Shown: positions 33,153 to 47,470, counted from the whole stretch's first letter. The stretch: DNA of 63,987 nt, filler included, from Collodictyon triciliatum (GCA_043381765.1; 7 parts of 7 records of this genome joined end to end with filler, not necessarily neighbours in it), one strand, 5' to 3'. Numbers and translations: made by a program. Notes: a model not told the origin generated them from the letters alone.

Positions 33153-33884
33153 GGAGAAATCACTGCGCCTGGTGCAATCCTATCTTTTACATCCTCATTA
33201 ACCAGCAGAAATCGCTGTCCTTCGTCCTTTTGAGCGCCTTCATTCTTCCATAGCAGACTCAAACTCGTCCACACAGGTTTTGTCCGACGAGCCTTCTATG
33301 TGATCCAGCGATCTAAAAAAAAAATCACATTTTGAAATTTTGAAGTTGTAATTATTTCTGGAATTTATAATATAATAACTATTCTCGTTACTAATTTCCC
33401 TATTTAACTGCATACATACAAATTTTCAATCAATTTAGACACAGAGTATAAAAATATATTCTTTTTCCTATCAGAGTGTGCGCACTGTTCTCTGGCAGCT
33501 TTTTCCCTCTTTTCGCACAGATTTCGGCGAGAATAAGTCACTTAGCGATCTCAACAAAAAAACCAAAAAAACCAAAAAAACCAAAAAAACCAAAAAAACC
33601 AAAAAAACCAAAAAAACCAAAAAAACCAAAAAAACCAAAAAAAAAAAAAAANNNNNNNNNNNNNNNNNNNNNNNNNNNNNNNNNNNNNNNNNNNNTTAAT
33701 TAATTAANNNNNNNNNNNNNNNNNNNNNNNNNNNNNNNNNNNNNNNNNNNNAAAAAAAACAACAACAAAAACAAACAAAAAAAAAATAAAAAAGAAAAAA
33801 AAAAAAAAAAAAAAACAAAAACAAAAACAAAAACAAAAACAAAAACAAAGAACAAAAAGGAAAAAGGAAAAAAACTAAACGAAC

Positions 33885-36800
33885 CAGGAGAAGTTAAAAG
33901 GCCGTTAATTTTTCGGAACTCATCCTTTTCAATAACACCAAGGACAATCATATCCAAAGACGTTACTCGAGATTGCACATGCCCACTTCCTATTGAATTC
34001 CTGATTATAAAGGTTTCTTTTCCATTTTCCAATTTATTTATTAAAGGCTAGATACCCGCATTATCAAAGTTACGCTGAGGGTAAATTAATCACCTTCTGT
34101 GGTTGATTTGCTTTCATAGCCGACATATTCTCTTGGCGGGGTGCGTATATTATCCAAAGAAGGTTTCAGATTCACTGGAGAAACGGCATACTGCGATGGT
34201 TTGTATTTCTCCAAGTCCTTTATTCATTTATTTTATTTTATGAAACAATCACATGAGCTTATCTTTATTTATCGAATAACGCATGCAATCGAGGGCTTTT
34301 TTTTAAGAAAAAAATTTAGTGTATATTAGTTACATTTATTCTCTCCTCGAGTTTTTGAATTTTGAAGTTAATTGAGTTGAATGATGTCTGCATGATTTCT
34401 TTCATTTCTTCCATAGTTTTCATCAGAAGTTTTTGTTGCTGGGCAAAAACCGTTTCAATTTTTAATTATACGGGAAAATCCGCATATAAAATATACAGTT
34501 AGTCAAGACATACCTCAACAACGCTATGAATCTGGGATGAACTTTCCGATTCCGTAAAAAGAGCAGGATTAGCTTGAGAGGGAAGTCCTCGAGCTTCTGA
34601 TTTCAATCTACATAACAGGGATAGCCAACCAAAATTATAAGTGAAAATAAATAATAATGACAAGAAAAAATTATCACTCCGAACGCGTAAGAGAAAGAAT
34701 ACACCACACATTTGCATACCAAGAAAATCTGTGATAAGATTATTAAAAGCAGAAGAGAATAATAATAGAGGATATAATTGAGCAAACCTATCCCTGGGTG
34801 ATACATCAAACATAAATGACGCGTGGGCTGGTGAATTGGAATAGTTAGTTTGACATCAACTAGGTGCAGTATACATATATGACTTTATTTTTAAATCCAC
34901 GGTATCGTTCGGTTCTACTTACACTCTGACAATTTTAACCCGGATATATCAATATCTATTACGTAATTTCTCTTAAGGAGTTGTTTTCATGTATTTGAAT
35001 AGACGATTCAAACAGAGAAAAAGTACAAAGAGAAAGACCATGAAAAGACCATGAAAAGACCATGAAAAGACCATGAAAAGACCATGAAAAGACCATGAAA
35101 AGACCATGAAAATGAAAAATGAAAAATGATGAAAAATAAAAGAATACATACAGGAGTTCAGAGGTGATTCTTTTGAAGGGAGACGATTGGGTACTGAATA
35201 CATTTCCGAAGTTATGGGATTTGGTGGGAAAACAGGAACATCATCAATTGAGCGAAAAATCTGTGCAGTTTCTGCCAAAGCTTCTCGTACAGACTTAATC
35301 TATAAATCACATTAAGATAGGTTTTGAAAGAAAATGGTATTTATGATTTATTTCGAAGTTTTAAAAATAAAACATTATTTAAAATTGGACATGAAACAAT
35401 AAAAAAAAACTAATTATTCAAAGGAGAAAACCTTGTCAAAACGGTGTCTTTCCAGCGCGTTTATTACGGCAGATTTGTACTGGGTCACATGACAGGGAAC
35501 TTTGAGAGCACATGTAGTCAGGGCCTATCACAAAGTCAGTAGACATGAGTTCAATCAAGAGAGACAGAAGCTACATATTATACATCTCACTCAGAACAAG
35601 CAAAAGAGTGTGTATATGCATCTGAAAGTAGACTAGACGGAAAAAAAAAAGCAAGAAATAGCCAGTAAGAAAGAATGCATTCGAAACAAGAATAGATAAT
35701 AATAAGATAGAGTAAAAAAAGAGTAAAAAAGAGAAAAAAAGAGTAAAAANNNNNNNNNNNNNNNNNNNNNNNNNNNNNNNNNNNNNNNNNNNNNNNNNNN
35801 NNNNNNNNNNNNNNNNNNNNNNNNNNNNNNNNNNNNNNNNNNNNNNNNNAAAAAAGAAAAAAAAAAGAGTAAAAAAAAGAGTAAAAAAAAGAGTAAAAAA
35901 AAGAGTAAAAAAAAGAGTAAAAAAAAAGAGTAAAAAAAAGAGTAAAAAAAAGAGTAAAAAAAAGAGTAAAAAAAAGAGTAAAAAAAAGAGTCAAAAAGAG
36001 TAAAAAAGGGTAAAAATCAAGGAAGTTATGTAAGATAGTGATGCACACTTCAGCTGCACATTTTCTCAAATTCCATTCATCTGAATTAAATGATTCGATG
36101 AATGAGTTGACCAAAGAATTCAAGTATGGTGATATACTATCGCCAGCAACCTATTCATCAATAGTGTAAGTCCCACAGTAGTTAAAAAAACACATCATAT
36201 TTTGTCACACGAGCGCCATTGGGATGTTCTCTTTTGAAATTGCACCTGCAAATCAACAAACCTCAATCAAAGTCGATGCAGCAAGAACAATTTGGGGTCT
36301 AGCAAGACAAGTGGGGTGATGAATCAACCTTACGATCTTTGGATTAATCATCGACAAATCGCGATCAATTCTGGATTCAGAGTTTTGAATAACCTTTTTA
36401 ATCGCTGTAGCTGCACCAACATGTTGCTGTTTGTTCTAAAGCACGTTGTGTGTACTTAATAGAGCGCATTAATTTAGATGCGTAAGGAGATTATAGAGCA
36501 TCTATTATAGTAATATTTTTACATAAAAAGAATAAAATAATATAAAACAAATGCAAAATAATGAAGCAAATCAAGGAGCAATACATGCATACAGTTAAAA
36601 ACCTGCTCTCCAAAGAGGGAAAACAAATGCGAGTAAATGGAGCTAATCGTTAGATTGTTTGAGAAGCCTTGGTTGTGACTTATTTCTTCATTTTCTTGGT
36701 GGTGGGATATTATATTTGAAACGATTGTTCCGATTGTCTCAGCTGCAGCATCCCGCAGACTCACATCTTGGTCCTGATTTTAAAGCGCCGAATGAGAGTG

Positions 36801-37908
36801 ATACGCAATCATGTGAAGGAATGGATGCCGTCATACTTCCATGACACTTCAGTATATTTAGTACCTTCAGCTGTTTCGTGACTCGGACAAAAATCTTTGT
36901 AATTAAAGGGGTGATAATCTTGGGATGAATTTTTATAACCATCGAGAGTATGCGAACAATCTCCTTTCGTACAGTTGCTCGTTGATTCTCATCAGTGGAA
37001 TCAAAAAGACATCCCTGCAGTATCAAGTGTTGAATAGAAATGAAGAAAAAAAAAAGGAGAGATAAAACTAAATGTTACGTAATATTAAAATTTTTTTTTA
37101 ACAGGAATGAAACTCACCAAAAACACAGAAAGTCCATCGCCATCAAGACCCTCAGCGATCCGAATCAGTTCGTCAGATGCAATCTTTTGGGTATCGCGGT
37201 CATTCAGCTTTGTAAGGGATGAAAGTGTTGCCTGCTTAAGCAACGAATATTCACGCTCGCGGGTTGGACGGCCTGACGTGCGTAAAACAGGAGAGTTTGG
37301 AGCGCCTGAAGACGTGTTTAGACCATGTGGCGGGGTCGTGGGCCGTTCAGTTCCTTTATGTTTTTGTTTTTGTTTACAACGTGGTATGTATTTTAAAATA
37401 GTAGCAGGATTAAAGGACCCATAGGTATTCTTTTCAAGTGTTATTAATATTTAATATGAAGTAAACAGTGTGAATACATTCAAACATTTTTTAAATAATG
37501 CTTTGCAAAAAGAGAGAAACAAAAGTAGGAAAGAAAAGAAAAAAAAGAGAGAAAAAAGAGAGAAAAAAAGAGAGAAAAAAAGAGAGAAAAAAAAGAGAGA
37601 AAAAAAAGAGAGAAAAAAAAGAGAGAAAAAAAAAGAGAGANNNNNNNNNNNNNNNNAAAAAGAGAGAAAAAAAAGAGAGAAAAAAAAGAGAGAAAAAAAA
37701 GAGAGAAAAAAAAGAGAGAAAAAAAAGAAAGAGAGAAAATAATAGAAAATTCAATTCCGTGGCGTGTTCTCCATCAGAAGAGCAATTGCGACAATGTTCC
37801 AATTTAAAGAAAAGATGAGACAAAAATTTAATGTATGCATTTTTAAAAAAATTACTAATATACCGCCTTACCTTCCGGTCTCCGTCCTTCGAGCGCTTTA
37901 AACTGCAT
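33885..37908 (-). CDS. TORTIFOLIA1/SPIRAL2-like HEAT-repeat microtubule-associated protein; 3' end truncated
   Basis: LKQATLSSLTKLNDRDTQKIASDELIRIAEGL..FL|GCLFDS..TVRKEIVRIL..KQLK|DQDVSLRDAAAETIG..SDEWNLRKCAAE..LERHRFDK|IKSVREA follows the TOR1/SPR2 N-terminal HEAT pattern. Confidence 0.8.
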
Positions 37909-38172
37909 CCTCGCAGCCTATATTGCCATAATAAGATTATGCATCATCGAATGATTCCTTTTTTTTTTTCATTTAAAAGGATTGATATATTGAAATAGCA
38001 CATTTACAGCCCTTGTTGCTCAAAGTTTAATTCTGGATCATTTCAACGAGAATCAAAATTAATTTTGACATACGTTCAACGTCTGAGTTTCTAATCCTAT
38101 CCGAACATAGCTTTTTTCCTTTCTCGACGACTCGTGTAAGAAGCGCAGCAAAGTAAACCTTTGTTCATAATT

Positions 38173-41100
38173 TTATTTTAAAAAAAACTTCAAGAATGAA
38201 TCAAACATAAAAAAATATCGTCGTGTTGAGAGCATTTCAAAAGGTGAGCATGTATCAGTCTCCGCGTACTGAGGGGGAATTGAATCCATGCTTGGCAAAA
38301 TCGTGTGCAAAGACGGGTCTGTGTATGCCGCAATATTCTGATTCTGATTCTGATTTTGAATTTGAATTTGATTCGGATTTTGGTTTTGGTTCTGGTTCTG
38401 GTTCTGACTCATCAACTGCTGATTGAAACCAGTGGAAGTGGGCGACGATATAGCCTGGAGTCCAACAAATAAGTGACTTAAACTGAATGTTATCAGGGTG
38501 GGTTGTCTCGACAGAGCAGTCTAACGCATACAAGGCTATTTCTGATTTCTAAAATCATAGTCTGTGGTATTAAATACATAAAAGAATAAAATGAATTCAT
38601 CTTACTTTAAGTCCGGTGGGGACAGAACTGCTATTGACCTATATGCCGATTGTACATAATATTTTAGATGTTGCAATCATCTTGACTTTCTATTTCGATG
38701 AATAATCGAACATTTTTATTCAAATGCTTTTTTTTTTTAAAAAAAAAAAACAACCTTCAAGGAACTACATTTTTAAGGCGTAATCGAATATATTTGATTT
38801 TTAGTAGGAATTACATTTTATTAGTGGTTTTGTTTGTTCATCGATGATTCATCTAAAGACTCTAAGGAAAAATATGATGAGAATGTTTGAGAGAGTGACA
38901 ACTTACCCAAATGATGCTGCACGCTTGATGCCTCGTTTTTTGTCTATTACGGAGGCTACGATATTGATTAATGCGCGTTTAGCAAAATTATTACTAATCA
39001 TAATGAGATAAATTAACATCTCGGGATAGTAGAGAGTTCTGATGAGACTTCATCTATTGATCAGATCCACCAGGAAACAACTATCGAACCTGCCAAAGAA
39101 TTGACAGTTGAGGCCGGAATTTCGGTGGTGAACGGAAGGCCAGACGAAAAACCCAAAAAATCTGTAAAGCGACTCTAAATTTGTAATTGGCCAATTTATT
39201 TTTCCAAAACAAATAGTAGTGTATGAACGTTAAATAATGTGGCAAGTAGTTAAATTGAGTAATTTTTTCTTTTGTCACCTGGTTTTGATTTCCCTGATTT
39301 GATAGATTGATTTTAGGGTCTAGCATTAGTGGCGGTTGGATTTTATTCTGTAAGAGTACATGAATTATCAACAAATGAGTATAATAAAGAAGAAAATATG
39401 GTGAGGAGTCCTAGACTATTCTAAAGTTTACATGTTAGCTTGGTTAGGACATAAATACCATAATTTTAGCTTCGATAGACAGGAAGATATCATCATCATA
39501 TGCTTCAGGGAGATTTGATTTGAAAATGTCAAGGTCCGATATTATGCTCTCTGTATCTGGACGTAAAAGAGTCCGACGGACGGTGGGCTAGATATTTCAG
39601 CGTATCATCTTACTTCTTTATTCTCTCTCTCCTCTTTTTTTTTTTTAAAAAAAAAAATAAGCTTTTACATCTTTTACTTTGCTGTAATAATATTTCGATT
39701 AAACCTCTCCGGAAGGAACTGATGGTGTTTTGGCATCCTGAGACCAATATCGGTGATCCCTAACCTCAAGAATCAAACATCCTGGGAAGAGAAATATCAC
39801 ATATTAATATTTTTCTTCTTTTGATTTGCGAATCCTCACAACAGAATTGCCTCATTTTTTTCTTTTTAGAAAAAAAAAGTGGTTCTGTTCTTTAAAATTT
39901 CAACTAAAATGTTATCTACCATCATAGTGATACACATCATTTTTCATTTCATGCAGTATTTGCGAAAGGCCGGAAGGAATTCTTCCGTGGTCAATGGCAA
40001 CAATAAAGTCCTTGGTGACAGAGAACAGAAGATAAACAGAGGAAAGGTATTGCATATGAAATACTTAGCTTTATATATATGAAAATAAGTATCACTTCAT
40101 ATCCTTTTTTTTTTTTTTGATATATGATAAAAATGACTATTTTAATGATGAAAATTACCTTCGTATTGAAATCGTAAGGATGAATTACAGTCTAATAAAA
40201 TTTTAGTTATAATTATATATTTCGACGAATTTAGAGTTAAAACGACAAACATGTAATCATACATCTAGAACATTTCATGAACGTCTTTGAATGTCTTGTA
40301 TAAGGTCGCAATTTTTTTTGGAGAAAAATTACCTGGTTGTCGATAGAGAATCCTTGTGGAAACAGGTTCAGAATAAGTGATGTTTTAAAGTCTTTTAGTT
40401 CATCCAAAACAGAGATATGGTCAGAAAAGCGCGGATCTGGTTTGGGAAATGAGTGAATTTGTGAACTATTGCCACGAAATAAAATGATTTGAGACTGAGA
40501 GAAGAGATAGACCGTATGTAAAGACTTTTATGGTGCATGAGCACGGGGCGAATTACAAAACCTGGATGTGTCCCCTTCAATTTTTCGCTTTTTATTTTGC
40601 CGAGCAAGGAAGTTTTCTAACATTTTGATGTTCTTAGTAACCATCGTAGATGAAAAATATACTTGATGCTGTATAGAAAATGAAGACAGAGGGCACAATT
40701 AAAACGAGCACAATCAAACAGGCTGAAGGGATTTTTTTTTTAATTTAAAACTGCAGGGGCTGAAAAGATAAAAGTAGTGGTATTCATTCTTTTTTGAATC
40801 TTTTCATGAAATAGTCAGATATTCAACATTTCTTTCTTCAATGTTCGAGACTTAGAATACCGTAAGGTCAAGCATGGACGTATTGGATGACTTTCTTTTC
40901 TTTGCTGTTGTCGTTGTTGTTGTTGCTGTCGCTGTCACTGCGATTGCGTTTGAAACTGTATAATCTCGTGGCATATCACACATTTCAGGTACAGCCATGT
41001 CCGTTTCATTTTTGAATCTACCGGTCCCTGGCAAATCTAAAACGGCAAGGGAATTATCACCACTTCATCATTTTTTGTAATGCTTCAAACTGCTATCCCA

Positions 41101-42332
41101 AAAGATATTTTAATTATCTACTCTTTCTTCGTTGTCTTACCTGGTTTCATAGCACGAGAAGGACCTTTTGTCATGCTAGGAAGAGCTTTTGATTGCGCAG
41201 ACACCGATGTTGATATCGCCTTGAGTGTCGAGGCCTGTAGGAGAGGCGATTGTCCTTGTGTTATGGAAGTTTGCAGAATATTCGGTGGGGAATCCTGGGC
41301 CATCTTCTTCGGAACTGACCTGTTTGTTGGATCGATGCGAAAAGAAATCTTCATTTGCGACAAATCTGACGATTGGTTTTCCGGCAGATTGAAAGAGTCA
41401 GCAGCTGCGATGGTAGATGTTGTAACCAGGCTGGCGGAGTTCAAGTGTTCAGGTGTTGGTTCTTGATGAGACTCTAATTGCAGCAGACCCAAATCATGTT
41501 GGTTGGCGTAAGGAGCCAAGTCAAACGTAGAAGTCGGTTCGACTTTCATCTCTGTAAGTATTGTTTCATTCAATAATGTAGATTCAAGCAGTGCTGCAGG
41601 TCTATAGGATTCAAATCCGTCCTGACTCATTCCCACATCGACTGATTCCTGCCGTTCATCACCAAAACCCATGCCTTTGGTAGAATCCACACCTGGATGG
41701 GCAGATAGTTTCACCCGGGCATCTTGTGAATGTTCCTTGTGTGGTAAATCTGGTTGTCCAAACGCAAGCGGCTGCGCCTGACAAGGTGAACAGGCTGCTT
41801 GGTTCTCGTTGCTCATTGCATCTCCTGGTGGCTGCTGCTGCTCCAGTTCTGATTGAACAAGCGGTTCAGCAGATAAAGAGGCGAGGCCATGAGTTGGTGA
41901 TGGGCTGAGCGAAGTATTTGCATGAGCTGGTCCAACATCTGCAGCATAAAGTGGTTCATCATTGGAAATAAGTACAGCCACGGATTCCTCCTGTTCTTGT
42001 TCATGTTCTTGTTGGGCTTCTTCGTTTTCATCTTCAGCTTCAACAAGGGTTTCTCGGCAATGTTGCCGATCTTTCTTTTGTCCGCGCAAGGGTGCTCTGT
42101 TTACTGGTAAAGTCTCGACGGAGTCATCGGCACTTCTGGACATCAAAGCCGGCTTTGATGTTATTTGGCTTGAACCGCATGATGCGTCGGGGCTGAGCGA
42201 GGAAGGAAGCGAGTGCAAGTTTGCTGTGCTTGAGTCCAAAAGATTTAGAGACTCTGGCGCGCTCAGTGTTGGATACAATGGTGACGATCGACCGTTGCTT
42301 GTGGTTATCAGCGGGTTGTGTGGATCTGTCAT
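38173..42332 (-). CDS. SPT20: Spt20 (SUPT20H/FAM48A)-like SAGA complex subunit with a long low-complexity N-terminus
   Basis: KTSLILNLFPQGFSI..PYD..DFIVAIDHGRIP..YDG|CLILEVRDHR..RTLLRPDTESIISDL..IEAKIM..PPLMLDP, plus a QN-rich C-terminal region. The 3' end is uncertain. Confidence 0.8.
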
Positions 42333-42392
42333 GTCGTGCCTGGCGAGGCGCTCTCTTCTCCCTCGTCTCTCTTGTCTGAACCCTTTATCTCT

Positions 42393-42488
<96 letters not shown>

Positions 42489-42961
42489 NNNNNNNNNNNN
42501 NNNNNNNNNNNNNNNNNNNNNNNNNNNNNNNNNNNNNNNNNNNNNNNNNNNNNNNNNNNNNNNNNNNNNNNNNNNNNNNNNNNNNNNNAGAAGAAGAAAA
42601 AGAAAAAGAAAAAGAAAAAGAAAAAGAAAAAGAAAAAGAAAAAGAAAAAGAAAAAGAAAAAGAAAAAGAAAAAGAAAAAGAAAAAGAGACAGATAAGAAA
42701 TAATTAACCTAAAAGAGCTAGGAAAAGCAGACAAACAATACACTTATACAAAAAGACCTTGAATCTATATGCACTCTGAAAAAGCAATCCCTTTATCACG
42801 TGCCAATCGTTATAAATTATAGAGTCAGGCTATCTTTTTGTAACACAAAGAATCTTGTATACGAAAATCGTGTGATAAATTGATTTTTTTTTTTTTTGGT
42901 TTCGTGTTTGATGTCTTTATTGATGCTCAAGGAAAACGCATGATATGACTCCGATAAAAGG

Positions 42962-44410
42962 CTAGGATATGCTGATGAAGTACTGGATAGTGATAGCAGA
43001 ATATAACAGAATCAAAGTTGATATGAGGCAGTGTCTGATTTCAGTTTTTTGCACAGACGTATATCGAATCCTTCCTTTGTAATTTTCGTGGGCTATGGAG
43101 ACAACATCTTGGAGAAAGAGAAATACGGCTTGAATGAATACTTGAAGAAGAAATTCTTTGTAATCAGATATTGTATTGAAGGAGGATTGTGAATAAATGC
43201 CGTGGATTAAGTACATAAACAGCGGTGCAGTTACAGACACAACTACTTCGTGTCCAATGTCATAATGAAATGTTAGACTTCGAATTTGCAAACTTTTTTG
43301 AACATAAGCTTCCTGTGATTCGAAAGTCTCAGGTTCTCGTGCCTCGCGGTGTAAATAGAGTGCGACCTGATTTCCACTGAATATTGATGTAATAGCTCCA
43401 TAGAGTCGACTTTTCACCTTATAGACAAACACACTTCTTTCTTTGAATGAAATAGTTGCTAAAATCTCGACCAGACTTATCAAGAAGTTGGTCAACACAT
43501 ACTGACCTATATCAGAACCTGTCGTTATATTTGAGACTATTATTCTCCCAACAAACTTCATGTACAAGCCAGAGATTCGACCGACAACCAACCGATTATC
43601 CATCCCAGTCAATGACAGATCGTGTATAACATATGTCTGGTAAGCCTCAACTCCAAAAAACACCCAGGGGAATAACAGGAGACGGAATAGCAGCTGTTTC
43701 CTTGGGGGATACGATGTCAAAAATGGGATAAAGTATTGAATAAATAGGCTGATGAAGAAAAATAACGCAAAAATACTCTTTATCATTTGGATCGGAGTTC
43801 CATCTTTTGTGAGCTCATAATAAAAGCGCTCATTCTCTGTCATAATTTCAGGATGCTTGCTCTTATGGATGACAAAGAACCCCACGCTCCCAGCCAGAAT
43901 AGCCAGGGCATTGATCAGTATTCTCAACCATAGAGCTTCTGTGAGAGTCATAACACGAATGGTAAAATCGGCAATAAAACACGGCAAAACAACATATTTG
44001 ATCGCATTATTCGAAAACTGGAGAGAGAATATGTACACATAGGTGAGACAGAGAGGGGTGTAGTAGAATAGCATGCCTAGAAACCCGCGGATTTGTATGT
44101 AAAGGACATCCTCTATTCCACCAAGCATCTGGTCTGTAAGGATGACACCTGGCAAGTAATAGGTGCACATGAACAGCACCGCAGGGATGAGTATCCTGCT
44201 TGAGTGACATACGATGCGGAGCCACAGAACCGGAGCTAACTTGAGCGAGTCCTTGAGATTCGTAGCCTGTGCTGGCTCGTCCGCGAATCCAGCTTGAGGA
44301 CTCTCTGGGTCACGCACAAGGGCTTGTCGAAACCTCTTCTGCGCACCTTGTCCTGCGGTTTCTTGGGACTGGCCCCACTCGGCTGCACCAGAAGCCGCAC
44401 CTTGGGACAT
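42962..44410 (-). CDS. Intronless multipass membrane protein of unknown family (about 480 aa)
   Basis: Single uninterrupted ORF with roughly 9-11 hydrophobic segments. The first in-frame ATG is at 44410. Confidence 0.8.
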   Translation of the reverse strand: MSQGAASGAAEWGQSQETAGQGAQKRFRQALVRDPESPQAGFADEPAQATNLKDSLKLAPVLWLRIVCHSSRILIPAVLFMCTYYLPGVILTDQMLGGIEDVLYIQIRGFLGMLFYYTPLCLTYVYIFSLQFSNNAIKYVVLPCFIADFTIRVMTLTEALWLRILINALAILAGSVGFFVIHKSKHPEIMTENERFYYELTKDGTPIQMIKSIFALFFFISLFIQYFIPFLTSYPPRKQLLFRLLLFPWVFFGVEAYQTYVIHDLSLTGMDNRLVVGRISGLYMKFVGRIIVSNITTGSDIGQYVLTNFLISLVEILATISFKERSVFVYKVKSRLYGAITSIFSGNQVALYLHREAREPETFESQEAYVQKSLQIRSLTFHYDIGHEVVVSVTAPLFMYLIHGIYSQSSFNTISDYKEFLLQVFIQAVFLFLQDVVSIAHENYKGRIRYTSVQKTEIRHCLISTLILLYSAITIQYFISIS

Positions 44411-45312
44411 CTGCACGGTTCAAAGCGCATCAGTTCTTAATGATAGCTCGCTGGCCCTCACATGGGCTATGTACCCTTTGAAGTACGCGACACATAGCCG
44501 GCCAATCTCCTCCCCTCTTTTTCTTGCTTTTTCTTTTCTTTTTTTTTTTTTCTCGCTTCTTACCCGCCAGCGACAGCTCGGCGAAGGTCCCTCAAGCTTA
44601 CCAGCCCCGTAGACAAATACCGGATGACTCTCGTGGGATTCTTTCCTTCCTTTGCTCTGGGATTTGGGATCTTGTTTTTTTTTCTTTTTTCGAGTCTCTA
44701 CTTGACAAGCAATCTGCGTGGTGATGCCCCCCATAGAAGTGAGTCACAGAGAGCCGGTGTTGACCACAAAAGATCACTTTTGCTATGCGATGACATTATC
44801 CGGCCTAGACACACGCAAATTGTTTCAGCTTGCTTCAATTCTGACAGGAGCACAGCGCCTGCTGCTTTGAAAGGCATCAGACAATGTCATCTCAAACATT
44901 ACGTTTTGTCATGCCGTGTTTTCATTTTCTCTCACCCGTGTATAACGTCGACAATGGTGGTGATGGCAGAGGAAAGACTGACTCAATATAAAATAATAGA
45001 GTAGGCACAGGTCGAGATTTGGCGTGGTGATAAAATAAAATAAAAAAAAACAGATAAGGGGAAAATATGATATCGATGACATAGCATAATAGATGGAGGC
45101 AAAATAATTGTAGGGCAAGAGTGTTGCTCCTCGCATCAAACCCAGCCCGTCCCTTCGACTTGTCTGCCAGCAGGCGAAGAAAAGAAAAGAAAAAGAGGCG
45201 AACTTGTATCCCCGAGGCTTAATCCAACGCTGGTTTCTGACTTCCAGGAACTGCCGAGCTGCTCTGGGGAGTGCTGTTCGTAGTTGCACGCCGGCGCATA
45301 GAGAACGTGAGA

Positions 45313-47470
45313 TTACTTGCCAAAGAACCAAATATTGAAGTCGAGCGTCCTTGGCGACCAGACAGGAAATCGGACGGATTCTTCCACTCCTCGATTATCT
45401 TTGTGCAAAGTGTCTTCAGAAGATTGACAATCTGTTGCGCATCGCTTGACGGCTACAAAGTGTTGTTGAGTACGTTTCATCAGTGCCCGAGAAAAGGCGG
45501 TTTCTGCAGATAAGCCATCTGTCTTGTGAAAACAAAGCAAAAAGCAAANNNNNNNNNNNNNNNNNNNNNNNNNNNNNNNNNNNNNNNNNNNNNNNNNNNN
45601 NNNNNNNNNNNNNNNNNNNNNNNNNNNNNNNNNNNNNNNNNNNNNNNNNNNNNNNNNNNNNNNNNNNNNNNNNNNNNNNNNNNNNNNNNNNNNNNNNNNN
45701 NNNNNNNNNNNNNNNNNNNNNNNNNNNNNNNNNNNNNNNNNNNNNNNNNNNNNNNNNNNNNNNNNNNNNNNNNNNNNNNNNNNNNNNNNNNNNNNNNNNN
45801 NNNNNNNNNNNNNNNNNNNNNNNNNNNNNNNNNNNNNNNNNNNNNNNNNNNNNNNNNNNNNNNNNNNNNNNNNNNNNNNNNNNNNNNNNNNNNNNNNNNN
45901 NNNNNNNNNNNNNNNNNNNNNNNNNNNNNNNNNNNNNNNNNNNNNNNNNNNNNNNNNNNNNNNNNNNNNNNNNNNNNNNNNNNNNNNNNNNNNNNNNNNN
46001 NNNNNNNNNNNNNNNNNNNNNNNNNNNNNNNNNNNNNNNNNNNNNNNNNNNNNNNNNNNNNNNNNNNNNNNNNNNNNNNNNNNNNNNNNNNNNNNNNTAT
46101 TATAGCAACAATCACGATATTACCAATTTAAAACCGTTCAGCCGCCCTTCCAAGTCTTTCCTGAATGATAAAACTAGGTTCTTTTCTCTCTACAAGTGGT
46201 CGCTGGTGAGTTGTGGGAGGCGAAAATATCAAAGCAGGACCATAAAATGAAAATAAATAAATTCATGAGACAAACTAAGCCACAAAAGAAAAAGAAAAAG
46301 AAAAAGAAAAAGAAAAAGAAAAAGAAAAAGAAAAAGAAAAAGAAAAAGAAAAAGAAAAAGAAAAAGAAAAAGAAAATAGAGAAAAAGAAAATAGAGATGC
46401 GACGACACAAAATACTACTAATATCTTAGAAAACTGAAGGGCATGGCAAAGCATGGTCTTATACCGTAGAATATTGTCCCTGATGTTGGCTCCATACACG
46501 GTCCAGTGTTTCCAACCCCGCTTTGATATGTTTCTTGCGTTCCTCCTCGAAGAAGCTCATCTATAAACCAGTATACACATTTGATGAGTGAACCCAGTTT
46601 TCGCTCAAGATTGATGGATTTGTGGTGCTGATACTATACGAGTCCATTTCGTATACATTTCGAAAAGTCACCATATCCACCAAAAGAAATCACATTCGGT
46701 GTTTCGCTATCTCATTTGAAATTATCCGAATAAAGAATGTTTGCTTAAAATGATTCTAAATTATTACGTGTTTTGAAGGTATGCCTTTTGTTTTCTGTTC
46801 AATTTCTCCAATCAGATACATGATTTTCGTCACCCTCTTATTGCAACTCTTGAGAATCGACTGAATCTCCTTGTGCAGTGGCGAGCTGCTCGGTAGAATT
46901 TGCAGCTGTATATCAAGTTGCGAATAGTTAGTTTGTAACTCTTGTTTGAGTCTATAGTCTAAAGCCAATTTGGATTCTGTCCTTCGTCTCTACAGAGCCT
47001 ACTCACACACACATTCCACTAGCAAACAAATACCATCAAAAGTGACTACCACACAGATGTACAAAATCAAGTGAGGTTGAAGTTGAGGTTGAGGTTGAGG
47101 TTGAGGTTGAAGTTGAGGTTGAGGTTGAAGTTGAAGTTCACATACCCGAGATTTGAGTGTCGTGTTTAAGTAAACTCCTGCCTCAGTACATGTCTGTCTG
47201 AATCCTTCAAGCTGATTTATAAAAATAAGTGTCTTTGTGTTATTCTCCTTCATACGATTGAAGTGACTGGTTGCTTACGTTCTCTTTTAGCACATCGATA
47301 GGGTCCTTGTATATGGAGTCGTGCAAGGTGCGGCTTTCAATCAAAAGGAGCTCTAGCTCTTCATTGGCCTTCGACTCCTGCTCCTCTGACTCTTTGACGG
47401 ACATATCCACGTCCACGTCCGGGTGCGGGTGCGAGTGCTCTAGTGCGCTATCCCTTGTGTACAAAAACAT
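45313..47470 (-). CDS. Hypothetical multi-exon helical/coiled-coil protein spanning an N gap
   Basis: Exon-like ORFs 47240-47470, 46756-46990 and 46500-46560 are flanked by splice-like sites. No recognisable domain, and both ends are uncertain. Confidence 0.4.

Noticed and set aside
47071-47136. (TTGAGG)n resembling an interstitial telomeric repeat or a QP-repeat ORF
   Set aside because: Short, degenerate, and lying after a GT donor inside a probable intron.
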